A stretch of DNA of 64,000 nt from Octopus vulgaris. Its lineage: Eukaryota. The DNA lies in NCBI GenBank assembly GCA_951406725.2, contig OX597838.1, positions 43,772,001-43,836,000 on the forward strand. Reading direction: 5' to 3'. Both the position numbers and the translations under genes were made by a program. Under the pieces are notes generated by a model that was not told the origin of the DNA, did not search any database, and saw only the letters and a list, made by a program, of their open reading frames with translations. Shown here one piece after another: positions 28,228 to 40,227 of the stretch (position 1 is its first letter; every line of letters begins with the position of its first letter).

Positions 28228-28285
<58 letters not shown>

Positions 28286-28376
28286 CATACATATATATAT
28301 ATATGTGTGTGCATGTGTGCGTATGTGCATGTGTGCACGCTTAAATATGTATATACACTTGTGTGTACAAATACGC

Positions 28377-28421
<45 letters not shown>

Positions 28422-28947
28422 TATACCACCTGCCTTCGCATTTTGTTTGTTTGTGAATTCTCCCTATATATATATGCATATATATATATATATATATATA
28501 TATGCGCACATAGGCACACATTACTACTTACCTACCTACCTACCTACCTACCTACCTACCTACCTACCTACCTACCTACATACATACATACAAACATACA
28601 TACATACTACATAGTACAAACATACATACATACATACATACATACATACATACATACGTACATACATACAAGTTACTCCACTAAGTAAATTTCATTACAT
28701 GAATTTACAGCTTTTGTAAATATCCGGTGAATGGTTTGCATACATATGTTTTGTTAAACAATCCTGAAGGAACTCACATGAAAATTGGTTTTAGAGACAT
28801 AGACAATTATGTGTAGAAATGCATAACTGCATACACATTTACACATGCAATCTCATATATAAACCATGTATATATATATATATATATATATTACGGAGAT
28901 GTACCTGCATAGCAAGTGATTTGATCTGAGATCGTGTGCTGAATCGA

Positions 28948-29237
28948 AAACAATTGCAGCGTGGAATATGTTTGTAAGCCATTTAAGAAACACACAAAAG
29001 CCGTTCGATTCACTTCAACATTTAAGTTTAATTTGTCAAAATATTTTCGTCACTTTAAGATCGCGACCTGTTCACTGACAAAAATCAGATGCAGCACGGA
29101 TTTTTGTCAGTGAACAGGTCGCGGTCTTAAAGCGACGAAAATATTTTGACAAATTAAACTTAAATGTTGAAGTGAATCGAACGGCTTTTGTGTGTTTCTT
29201 AAATGGCTTACAAACACCTTCCACGCTGCAGTTGTTT
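28948..29237. repeat. Fold-back inverted repeat (~140-bp arms, ~12-nt spacer) of a hammerhead-bearing element between (TA)n tracts
   Basis: 28948-29086 and 29099-29237 are reverse complements with a few substitutions. Confidence 0.95.
29103..29153 (+). ncRNA. Minimal hammerhead with G3-C8 compensatory core (mirror copy 29032-29082, minus)
   Basis: TTTGTCA GTGAACA g GTCGC ggtcttaaa GCGAC GAAA ATAT TT TGACAAA. 7-bp stem I, 5-bp stem II, palindromic stem III loop. Confidence 0.75.
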
Positions 29238-29361
29238 ATATATATATATATATATATAGTTAATCCAAACAAGAAAGCACAAAAAAAAAACACAACAGCG
29301 CGAGGATGTGGAACAAATATAGTATTATTGGACGCTCAGGAAAGAAGGAAAGAAGGAGGGA

Positions 29362-29395
29362 TATTACGTTTCGAGCGGAGCTCTTCGTCGGAAAC
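29362..29395 (-). ncRNA. Hammerhead motif, second copy of the 18753 family
   Basis: tgttt CCGACGA A GAGC tcc GCTC GAAACGTA atat. Confidence 0.55.
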
Positions 29396-29477
29396 ATTGG
29401 AGAAGGAAAGATCCAGAGAAGGGATGACAGAGGAAAAAAGTCGCCAACGGTACACACGAGGTCACATTTTGAAAGAC

Positions 29478-29526
<49 letters not shown>

Positions 29527-29747
29527 TTGTATATATGTATATGTATGGATATGCATAATGACTACGTATACTTACAAATATCTCTATGTATAATAAATTT
29601 ATTCAACGGAAGACTTGGTAGTAATATGTGTATAGTGGCGGCAATTACCTAAAACATATCTAAGCAACACACTCACACACAGAGACATACACATATATAT
29701 ATTCTCTCTCTCTCTATATGTATATATATATATATATATATAAATAA

Positions 29748-29817
<70 letters not shown>

Positions 29818-29819
29818 TT

Positions 29820-30800
29820 ACCCCACTAAAAACCCCAACCATAGACACTGAACTCTGGCTAGAAATTGTGAATAATAAAACCCAAATCCTTCATTCATAC
29901 TATGCCAAACCTATGGCCTCAAAATACTTGATCCACCGGAACTCAGCCATTGCGGACAATGCCAAATTCAATATTTTGATGGCAGACCTCGTCAGAATAA
30001 TGAGAAATGTGTCACGCATGTGCGAGCCTACAGAGTTAAAGAGACACATACAATATTTCATTCACCGCATTCAGTTCTCAGGTTACAGCCATAAAGAAAG
30101 GATCAGAGTATACAAAGGAGCCATGAGGAAATTTGATAATATATTATGTAATGATAGGAATGGGATTTGCCCACTCTATAGGAACAAGTCATGGAACACT
30201 ATAGAAAGGACAAAAAAGAAAATAGGGTAGGCCAACTCTTGGTATGATAGCCATAAATACCAGAGTGTCATGTTCGTTGACACCACCCCTGAAGGTGAAC
30301 TGGCGTACCACTTTAGAAGGACCCTAGACAAACTTAAGCTAAGGATTAAGGTTGTTGAAAAGCCAGACAACCCTATCAAATCTATAATTGGTAGAACCTA
30401 TCCTTTTAGTAGAACTCCCTGTACGGATAAGTACTGTACTGTATGTAGATTTAGCCCACAAACAAACTGTAAAGCCAGAAATGTAGTCTATAGTATAAGA
30501 TGTATAGAGGGACGATGCAGTAACAAGACAACGACATACGTAGGGGAAACGGCAAGAAGCATAGGAGAGAGGGTAAATGGGCATTGGAGACAACTCAAGG
30601 AAGGTAAAAGCTCATCGATTCTGACCAACACGCCGAACAGGAAACGGGGGATCTATCAACAACATAGAAATTAAAATATTGTCCACACATAGATCAGATG
30701 CAGCAATTAGACAAATTACAGAAGCTATACACATAATAGAAAATAAACCTAGCCTGAATAGAAAACTAGAATGGAACACTAGCACACACCACAACATATG
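29820..30800 (+). pseudogene. Penelope-like element fragment: RT thumb + Cys-rich linker + GIY-YIG endonuclease (Neptune-like)
   Basis: YYAKPMAS..HRNSA..K, then PCTDKYCTVC..CKARNVVYSIRC..YVGETARSIGERVNGH. One stop at 30228 and one frameshift near 30625. Confidence 0.85.
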
Positions 30801-31229
30801 ACGGCAGAGGATCCCGAAAACATAATAAATACACAGACAAATAAACAAATAGAAATAAATAACTATATATTTTTTTATATATATTTTTTCAATTTATTAT
30901 TATTATTACTAGTATTATTGTTATACATACATACATACATACATACATACATACATACATACATACAAGCATATGTAATGATAATAATAAGTGGATGTAA
31001 ACACATGAACAAAATAAGAATAAACAAAAACAACAACAACAAAAACAAATTACATGAACGAATATAAACAGAAGATACAAATATTACAGGCATCCCCCCA
31101 CACACACACTAAATAAACATAGATGCACATAGAGATATAAGCATGCGCAAATGAAGACATACAATAGAAATACAAAATGGCTGACGGTTAGTAAGGAGAG
31201 ACAGAAATAAGAAAGAAGAAAACAAAGGA

Positions 31230-31269
31230 CCACTGATGCGGTCACAGGAGTGTGACGAAAGAACTCTGG
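31230..31269 (+). ncRNA. Hammerhead motif downstream of the Penelope ORF (A9C substitution)
   Basis: CCA CTGATGC g GTCAC aggagt GTGAC GAAA gaac TC TGG. Confidence 0.65.
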
Positions 31270-31446
31270 CCGAAATAAGATTAAGATTAATGTAAAAAAT
31301 AAATAACACTGAAGCAAAATAACACCAAGTATATAGTGCGTGTGTTTTTATTGGCTAAACTGGCAATATGACCATTCCGAAATATAACAATATCTGTTTC
31401 AACACGCGACTTCACATAAAAAATCTTGCACAACAAATATATAAAC

Positions 31447-31484
<38 letters not shown>

Positions 31485-31722
31485 CTTTCTTATGCACTTA
31501 CACGTATATTCTCATATAGTTATTCTTTTATTTATTTCAGTCACTTGGCTACGGCCATGCTGGAGCACCGCCTTAGTCAAACTAATCGACTCCAGGACTT
31601 ATCCTTTGCAAGCCTACTACTTATTCTATCCGTTGCTTTTTACCGAACAGCTAACTTACAGGGACATAAGCACCAACATCGGTTGTCAAACGATTGTGGA
31701 GGGACAAACACACACAGACAAA

Positions 31723-31834
<112 letters not shown>

Positions 31835-31840
31835 TATATA

Positions 31841-33131
31841 CGAGGGGCGTTCAATAAGTAATGCCCCTGACCCACTTGCAGTTGTTTGATCTAGCTGTTG
31901 TTTGATGTGCAATTATTTATATATCTATAGAGTAGGTGGCAAATTACAGCTCTGAACTAATTGAGGTTTCTGATTTACAGGTGTTTGAACTGAGTCAAGT
32001 GTGAAATGGAGCCTGTTGAGTGTCGAGCAGTGATCTGGTTTTTGTATTTGAAAGGACGCACACCACGGGAGACATTTGATGAAATGAAAGTAACTTATGG
32101 TAATGATGCCCCATCATATGACATTGTAAAACGCTGGCATCGTGAATTCAAACATGGTCGGAACTCGGTGGAAACAGCTCCCAGATCTGGTCGCCCCCCT
32201 TCTGCAATTGATGAGGCATTTGTCCGTCAAGTTGAGGCTGCCATTTTGGAAGATCGATGCATAACTATTCGCCAAATAGCCCACGAGGTCAAGATTAGTA
32301 CCGGGTCTGTGGAAACTATCATTCATGACCATTTGCATATGCAAAAGGTGTCTGCCAGATGGATTCCCAGGTTGCTCACACCTTTCCAGAAGCAAGAACG
32401 CGTCGAGTGCTCGAGGATGAATTTGGAGATGTGCCAAGAAGATGAGTCAAAATTTTTCAAAAGACTGATTACACAGGATGAAACCTGGGTCCATCACTAT
32501 GATCCAGAGACCAAAGCCCAGTCAATGCAGTGGAAGCACCGTGACTCACCTCCTCCAAAGAAGGCAAGGGTGCAGCCCTCCGCTGGCAAGGTCATGCTCA
32601 CAGTCTTCTGGGACCAGGACGGAGTATTGATAACATATTTCCTGGCAAAGGGTACCACAATTACAGGAGTCTATTATGCTTCACTTTTGAGGAAATTAAG
32701 AGAAACTATCAAAATCAAGAGGCGGGGCAAGATCAGCAAAGACATCCTCCTCTTGCATGACAACGCTCCAGTCCACAACTCGCTTGTCGCTAGATCAGAA
32801 GCACAGGCGTGCGGCTATGAACTTCTCCCCCATCCCCCCTACTCTCCTGACCTTGCACCCTCTGATTTTCACCTCTTCCCAGCCATGAAGTTGTATTTGA
32901 AAGGAAAACGTTTCCCAGATAATGCAGCCTTGATTTATGAAGTCACGTCGTGGTTGGAGGACCAAGCTGGGTCTTCTAAACAAAACGGTCTCCAGAGCAG
33001 TATAAAACGATGGGAGAAATGCGTAACTCTGGGTGTTTCCTATGTAGAGAAAGACTAATAACTGTGCAAAGTTTCGTTGCTCTACTGCTATGGGAAGTGG
33101 GTCAGGGGCATTACTTATTGAACGCCCCTCG
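31841..33131 (+). mobile_element. Full-length mariner DNA transposon
   Basis: Perfect 37-bp TIRs cgaggggcgttcaataagtaatgcccctgacccactt. TA on both sides within (TA)n. 1291 bp. Confidence 0.97.
32006..33058 (+). CDS. Mariner transposase (DD34D), uninterrupted 350 aa
   Basis: N-terminal HTH and RSGRP, WIPRLL, ITQDETWVHHY, LHDNAPVH, HPPYSPDLAPSDFHLF. Counted 34 residues between the second and third Asp. Confidence 0.97.
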   Translation: MEPVECRAVIWFLYLKGRTPRETFDEMKVTYGNDAPSYDIVKRWHREFKHGRNSVETAPRSGRPPSAIDEAFVRQVEAAILEDRCITIRQIAHEVKISTGSVETIIHDHLHMQKVSARWIPRLLTPFQKQERVECSRMNLEMCQEDESKFFKRLITQDETWVHHYDPETKAQSMQWKHRDSPPPKKARVQPSAGKVMLTVFWDQDGVLITYFLAKGTTITGVYYASLLRKLRETIKIKRRGKISKDILLLHDNAPVHNSLVARSEAQACGYELLPHPPYSPDLAPSDFHLFPAMKLYLKGKRFPDNAALIYEVTSWLEDQAGSSKQNGLQSSIKRWEKCVTLGVSYVEKD

Positions 33132-33197
<66 letters not shown>

Positions 33198-33204
<7 letters not shown>

Positions 33205-33583
33205 GAAAGAATGGAGTTGAACGACGAATTAACAAAATTCCTCCGTGTGGGCAGTCATCTAAAAGTTTTTGTGCATCTTGATGCAGACATAAGTTCCTTG
33301 TTTTTCCTGATGAGAAGGCGGCATAATGCACCCCTAATTCCTTCGAAATTAGGAATATGCAGCCTTCGAAACATATGTCGAAAATAAAGGAATTTTGTTA
33401 ATTCGTCGTTCAACTCCATTCTTTCATTTATTTGTATTTAAAAAAACACACAAATTTCCACACGAAAGCACGTGCTCTCTACCCTAGGCATGTAGCTTCA
33501 ACCGTGTTTTTCTGACGTGAATTTGCTACCCAGGTATCGGTTAACCGAATTATCCATAATAAGATAATTCATTCAACTACTCT

Positions 33584-33586
<3 letters not shown>
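33198..33586 (+). mobile_element. Hammerhead-bearing small element with an inverted 5' duplication (33198-33242 vs 33388-33432), embedded in (TA)n
   Basis: ~45-bp perfect inverted repeat. AATAAA lies directly after the ribozyme. Confidence 0.8.
33302..33384 (+). ncRNA. Canonical minimal type I hammerhead ribozyme with extended stem II
   Basis: TTTTC CTGATGA GAAGGC.GCATA...TATGC.GCCTTC GAAAC ATAT GTC GAAAA. Predicted cut after C33379. Confidence 0.88.
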
Positions 33587-33662
<76 letters not shown>

Positions 33663-33995
33663 ACGTATATACGACGGACTTCTTTCAGTTTCCGTCCACC
33701 AAATCCACTGACAACTCTTTGGTTGGTCCGAGGTTATAGTAGAAGACACTTGCCCAAGCTGGCATATTTATATATGTCTGTATATATTCATAAACATACA
33801 CGTATATACATATATATACATATATATGTATTACATATAAGTGTGTGTGTGTGTGTTCTTTATTCCATACCTGAAACGATGTAAAGGGCATTGTCACGAG
33901 CGAAGTATAGCAACATGTGATGGCGTGATACACACACGCAAGCGTGCACACACATACACACACAGAGGTATATATACGTGTTTTGGTTTGTCTGT

Positions 33996-34030
<35 letters not shown>

Positions 34031-34033
<3 letters not shown>

Positions 34034-34222
34034 TAAAAATGAGGACTGCTGGCATATGAGACCACCCCGGGTTTCCCGTCCATAAAGTGTTTAGCTTTAT
34101 GGCGTATCCTGAGACCCTACAACCTGTTGGTTTTGTAGTCTGACGATACATCATAAAGCTAAAACATTTACGGACGGAAACCCGGAGTGATCCCATAAAC
34201 CGGCCTTGGTCCTTTTTAATAT
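34031..34222. mobile_element. Imperfect hairpin, MITE-like element (~190 bp)
   Basis: ccgggtttcccgtccataaagtgtttagctttatggcgtatc pairs with gatacatcataaagctaaaacatttacggacggaaacccgg. TA at both ends. Confidence 0.55.
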
Positions 34223-34296
34223 ACACTGCTCTACATCTTAGCGCTTCGTCTTCGGATTTATGCTGTCTACAAACTATATATATATATATATATAGA

Positions 34297-34668
34297 TTAT
34301 AACAGCTTTTTTCAAGTTGATGGTGAAGCTAAAATCATCAGAAGCTGAGTCAAATGCAGATACAAGAAATTGCAGGCCTGTTTCAGAATGAATGACTAGA
34401 CCGCAATCGTCAGCGTATAAGAGGTCCCTAATGATTGAATTAAAGACCTTCGTTTTGAATTTCAGTCTGGTCAAGTTAAAAAACATTCTCTGTTGTTCGA
34501 TGTTTTTTTTAAATACCCTCCTCAGAGTTTTGAAAAGGGTGTGACAACACAACAGTACAGTATATTGCAAAGAGTGTAGGTGCATCAAGGTCTCCTTGCT
34601 TTACTCCATTTTCTATGGCAAAAGATTCGGAGAGCCTACCACAAAAATTAACTCTAGCTTTCATATCT
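34297..34668 (-). pseudogene. RTE-clade LINE RT fragment (subdomains 4-6)
   Basis: AIENGVKQGDLDAPTLFAIY and IRDLLYADDCGLV..FTINLKK. Confidence 0.85.
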
Positions 34669-34689
34669 TTCAGAAAAACAAAACTTAGG

Positions 34690-35690
34690 CAATACACTTC
34701 TTTCTTAGTCTTTGAACCCCAAATCAAACGAAGCTTACAGAAAGCTGAAAGAGAAAGCTGAAAGGAAAAGTGCAGACTGCTTCAAGGCAAATTAAACAGG
34801 AATGGTGGAATGATAGAGCAAATGGGGCTCAAGAAGCAGCTGATAGAAAAGATGCCGAGGGTTGTACTCTTCTGTTAAGGAGGTATATAGCCCCAAATCT
34901 TCAATAGCTCCAGCGAGGACGGCATCTGGACGTTTGCTTCTGACTGACACCGCTTTTATTCATAAACGCTGGGTAGAACATTTTTCTGCACTTTTCAATA
35001 GACCATTACCCGCTGACATGAAGATGATAGAAAAAATCGAACACCTTCCAGTTATAGAGAAGATGGCATTTGAATCAACACCAAATGACATTTATCTAGC
35101 TGTGAATATGATGAATAACAATAATTGTCCAGGCTCTGATGGAATCTGTGCAGAGGTTTTGAAATATGGGGGTAACAAAATGTTTGAATTCTTAAATATA
35201 TTTATTTGTCCCTGTTGGAGAACTGTGAAAGTGTCTTATGACTGGATTGATGTCATTTTTATCTCCTTGTATAAGTCGGTGCAAAAGGATCTGTGTGGTA
35301 ATTTTCGTGGAATTTCGCTTTTGTTTGTGGTTGGAAAGGTACTTGCCCGCATTCTGCTAGAATGTTTAAATACCTTCATAATTCCAAACATCTCAGTGTG
35401 GTTTTCGTTCCTCCAGGGGCGCAGCTGATTGCCTCTTTACTATCAGAAAATTACAAGAAAAGTGCATTATACAGAATCTTGCTCTGTATACCATTGCTTT
35501 GATGATTTGAGCAAAACATTCGATACTGGTGATCAAAATGCTCTGTGGCTAATTCTAAGGAAAATAGGTTGCCAAGAAAAATTTGTAAATATGATCAGGA
35601 ATTTGCATCAAGATATGAAAGCTGGAGTTAATTTTGGTGGTAGGTTCTCTGAATCTTTTGCCGTGGAAAATGAGTATAAGGTGGAAAAAT
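34690..35690 (+). pseudogene. RTE-clade LINE fragment (linker and RT subdomains 0-3), inverted relative to 34297-34668
   Basis: RWVEHFSALFN, CPGSDGICAEVLK, NFRGISLL..GKVLARIL, FDDLSKTFD, LRKIGCQEKFV. Confidence 0.85.
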
Positions 35691-35928
35691 AGTACTCGAT
35701 TAACTGAGGTAGAGTAATATGCTTTATTATTAAAGCTGCAAAAACATCAAAAAATATCACAAAAACTGACAAAAACTGTTTTTGTGATATTTTGTGATAT
35801 TTTTGCAGCGATAATAATGAAGTGTATACACACACACAGACATACTCACACAGACATACTCACACAGACACACACACAGAGACATACTCACACAGACACA
35901 GACACACACACATATATATGTGTATCTA

Positions 35929-36028
<100 letters not shown>

Positions 36029-36168
36029 GTATGAAGATATATATATATATAGAGAGGTTAGCATATAATTCTCCCGAATTATTTGCTCCTTATTGAAATT
36101 ATATATACATATACATACATAGATACATAGATACATACATACATACATATATGTATGTATGTGTGTGC

Positions 36169-36237
<69 letters not shown>

Positions 36238-36317
36238 ATAATAAATATTAGGGAATAAATCCAAATTTACAGGGAAAAAATCAGATTTAGGATTAAATCC
36301 AATTTTATAGTAAAATA

Positions 36318-36661
36318 TTATATAATATTAATTCGAGACAAAACCACTATTTTGCAAAACAAACAAAGAAAGACTTAATCAATACATAAAAATTTTTAAT
36401 ATAAAGAAATAAACCGCCACTACAATCGTTTCATGTCTTCAATGACATTCGTCAGGTGGATTTTCGATATCCTAATCTGTTTTAATTTAATTATTATTAA
36501 AACAGATTAGGAGATCGAAAATCCACCTGACGAATGTCATTGAAGACATGAAACGATTGTAGTGGCGGTTTATTTCTTTATATTAAAAATTTTTATGTAT
36601 TGATTAAGTCTTTCCTTGTTTGTTTTGCAAAATAGTGGTTTTGTCTCGAATTAATATTATA
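36318..36661. repeat. Fold-back inverted repeat (~170-bp arms) of a hammerhead-bearing element between (TA)n tracts
   Basis: 36318-36486 and 36495-36661 differ at only about two positions by eye. Confidence 0.95.
36523..36565 (+). ncRNA. Canonical minimal hammerhead (mirror copy 36417-36459, minus)
   Basis: CCAC CTGACGA ATGTC attgaa GACAT GAAAC gatt GTA GTGG. Confidence 0.85.
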
Positions 36662-36767
36662 TATGTATATATATATATATATATATATAATTCAAACATA
36701 TAAGAGATGGCCATAATAGGACATCTGACTCACTGAGCTGGTAGCTGAGAATTTTTCTTGAATTTTT

Positions 36768-36822
36768 TTGCTACCCTAAAATTTATTAATATATATATAT
36801 ATATTAATAAATTTTAGGGTAG

Positions 36823-36826
<4 letters not shown>
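36768..36826. repeat. Perfect palindrome centred on (TA)n
   Basis: ttgctaccctaaaatttattaa(ta)n ttaataaattttagggtagcaa. Confidence 0.9.
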
Positions 36827-36878
<52 letters not shown>

Positions 36879-37104
36879 ACCAACAATCATTTGACGACAG
36901 ATCTTGGTATATATATACCACCAACAATCATTTGACAACAGATGTTGGTGTCTTTATGTACCCCGGTTCGGCAAAAGATACCGATAGATTAAGTACTAGG
37001 CTTACAAAGAATAAGACCTGGGATTTATTTGTTCGAATAGTGCTGGTGCTCCATCATGGACGCAGTCAAATGACTGAAACAAGTGAAAGAATAAAAGAAA
37101 ATGA

Positions 37105-37415
37105 TATATTGAAAGAAAGAAAATGGAGGAATATGGATTCATAAATAATTTATTTGTATGATATGAAGATGCTGAGGTTTTTTTTGTAATTTTTTTTGTA
37201 ATTTAATAACAAATAAATTATAAGTTGTTCAGCTCTAATAGAAATGTCAGAAACCTACATGTGGGTTTTGAGCACGTGCCATTTGTTTAAGAGCTGAACA
37301 ACTTATAATTTATTTGTATTGTTATTAAATAAAAAAACACCCCTCAGCATCTTCAAATCATACAAATAAATCATTTGTACATCCATAATTCTGCATTTTC
37401 TTTCTTCCAATATTA
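37105..37415. repeat. Older, diverged inverted repeat (~130-bp arms)
   Basis: aaataaattataagttgttcagctct / agagctgaacaacttataatttattt and gaagatgctgagg / cctcagcatcttc. Confidence 0.8.
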
Positions 37416-37617
37416 ATAATATGCATTACTATAATAATTCTTAACACATCGTCGAGACTTCTTTCTCCTTATATTAGAGTGATTAACCAGCGGAATGTTT
37501 TGGATTATTTAATCCCTAATGTGGATCTAAAATCCTCGAAGTGACTCACTCTCTCTCTGTCTGTCTCTGTATCTGTCACTTTCTCTCTGTCTGCCTGTCT
37601 GTCTGTCTCTGTCTGTT

Positions 37618-37654
<37 letters not shown>

Positions 37655-37783
37655 GTCTGTCTCTGCATCTGTCACTTTCTCTCTGTCTGTCTGTCTGTCT
37701 GTCTGTCTCTGTCTCTTTCTCTCTGTCTGTCTGTCTGTCTGTCTCTGTCTCTGTCTCTTTCTGTCTGTCTGTCTGTCTGTCTG

Positions 37784-37905
<122 letters not shown>

Positions 37906-38056
37906 CTTTTCATCTTTGTATCTTTTCATTTGTCTTGCTCGCTTACGTTCTGGCGTTTGCTAATTTTTCTTGAGAACATTCGTTTCTTAGTGGTAAGACC
38001 ATAGGGGATCTTCTTCTAGCATAATGGATGTCCACTTACAGGTCATCCCTCTTATA

Positions 38057-38105
<49 letters not shown>

Positions 38106-38163
38106 AGAGAGAGAAAGAGAGAGAGAAATAGATAGATAGATAAATAGATAGACAGATAGATAA

Positions 38164-38206
<43 letters not shown>

Positions 38207-39915
38207 CAATGAAGAAACAAGTGATATAGATAACCACTTTATACAAATCAACCGAGTAGCACTCTGATAGAGCTTCAGGAATATGATTTTAGGGATAGGA
38301 GGAAACAAATTCAAAGGCCGATGTGTATATCCATTGAATCCATATTAACGAAGTTCTCCATGGTATACAAAGTGCATACATAGATGCATTCAGCTATGTA
38401 TTCATATATGTCCGAAGAGAATGGTCAGATCAAACATTCGATTTTTAAAATTATTTAACCCACCATTTCTTTTAAAATTTTTACCTTCTGATTCTATCAA
38501 CTCTGATGTGAGGAATATGGAATATTGCTATGACTGGAGTTAGCTCTCCCATAGCAACCCAAGATGCCGCTCAGTGTAACTGAATCCGATACCACGGATT
38601 TTGCAAACTATAATTTTCCTTATCATAAAACAGAGAGCTTATTATCTCAAAGGGGAAATTGTGGTCATTCACAGTAAATATACGTTTGAATTTTCCGGCC
38701 AGGTACGTTTCTATTAGGCTTCACACTCGGCAATTATGATTAGTGTAAGAGTTCCTTACACAAAAAGATTGTATAGTCCCCTACACGATACCTAGAACTG
38801 CCAGAAATATTAATTAAATCTCTCTTAAATAATACCCTCCTAGATTAAGAAAATGGCATGATACATTGGCTAATTATTTCATAGTCTAAGAGATACAATG
38901 AGAGGAACAAAACGCGGAACGGTTGGAGTGAAACGTAGCTTAATAAAAGCAAAGACTTTTCAAATTCATTGCTAATGACGTTAGACAAGACATGGATACT
39001 CTAGAATTATATTTTCCCCTCGTTTTTCTTATGGAATTGTTGTGTTCTATGTTTAGGCAAATAATAGAAAAAATCCCCCAAAGCAAACAAAACCGAAAGA
39101 ATACATTCAATAGCGATTCAATTACAGAAGTTATAACGTCTGCTTATTATTTTTATATTTTATTTATTACTGTTTTATTAAAATAAAGCTATCGTAAAAA
39201 ACACCAATACGACAGACTGAGATTTATATTACTATATTTTATCTATCTATTTATTTTATTTTTAAAAAATAACTCTGAAGTAAATTTAATAAAAAATTAA
39301 AACAAAATAGATTGATACTATAATTTCTTTCTCTCGTATTCATTCGTTTGATAAGAACATTATTTCTGATGTCAAAGTGTCATCATTTGTATTCTATGGA
39401 GCCATTTCGTCACGGTAATAGTCAACAGAATAAACACGACCGCCAAGAAACATTTCATAAACATAAACTAACCATACTAAATTACATAAAATTTAAATGG
39501 AATTATAATGTAGTTTCATTTTTACAAATAATTTTTGTTGCTGTTATTGGTGTTGCGGTTGTTGTTGAGGTTGTTGCTGTTGCTGTTTTAAATTACCCTC
39601 TTTTCTGCAATGAAAATAAAAGAAAATTTAAATTAACCATTTTAATAGAATTTTTCAGAAAGAAAATCGTTGAATTGGTAGAAACACTAGAATGTCAAAC
39701 GAAATGGTCTGCAAACGAAGATTTTCGTTTTGCTGCTCTGTGTTTAAAATCACAGCCAAATGTTTTAGTTTGCCATTTCATGTTTCAGAGATCGATAAGA
39801 ATGTAACAGGTATGCACCGAGATAGTTTCGTTCGAAGAGAGTAATTCCATAAAGTTCGTTGGGTTTGCGAAATACACACACACACACACACACACACATA
39901 CATACACACACATAC

Positions 39916-39997
<82 letters not shown>

Positions 39998-39998
39998 T

Positions 39999-40176
39999 AC
40001 ACGCAGGAGTGGCTGTGTGATAAGTAGCTTGCTTACAAACCACATGGTTCCGGGTTCAGTCCCACTCCGTAGCACCTTGGGCAAGTGTCTTCTACTATAG
40101 CTTCGGGCCGACCAAAGCCTTGTGAGTGGATTTGGTAAACGGAAACTGAAAGATGCCCGTCGTATATATATATATA

Positions 40177-40227
<51 letters not shown>

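Noticed and set aside
34135-34190. CTGACGA...GAAACCCGG inside the hairpin MITE
   Set aside because: No stem II complementarity and no UH site. Chance occurrence.
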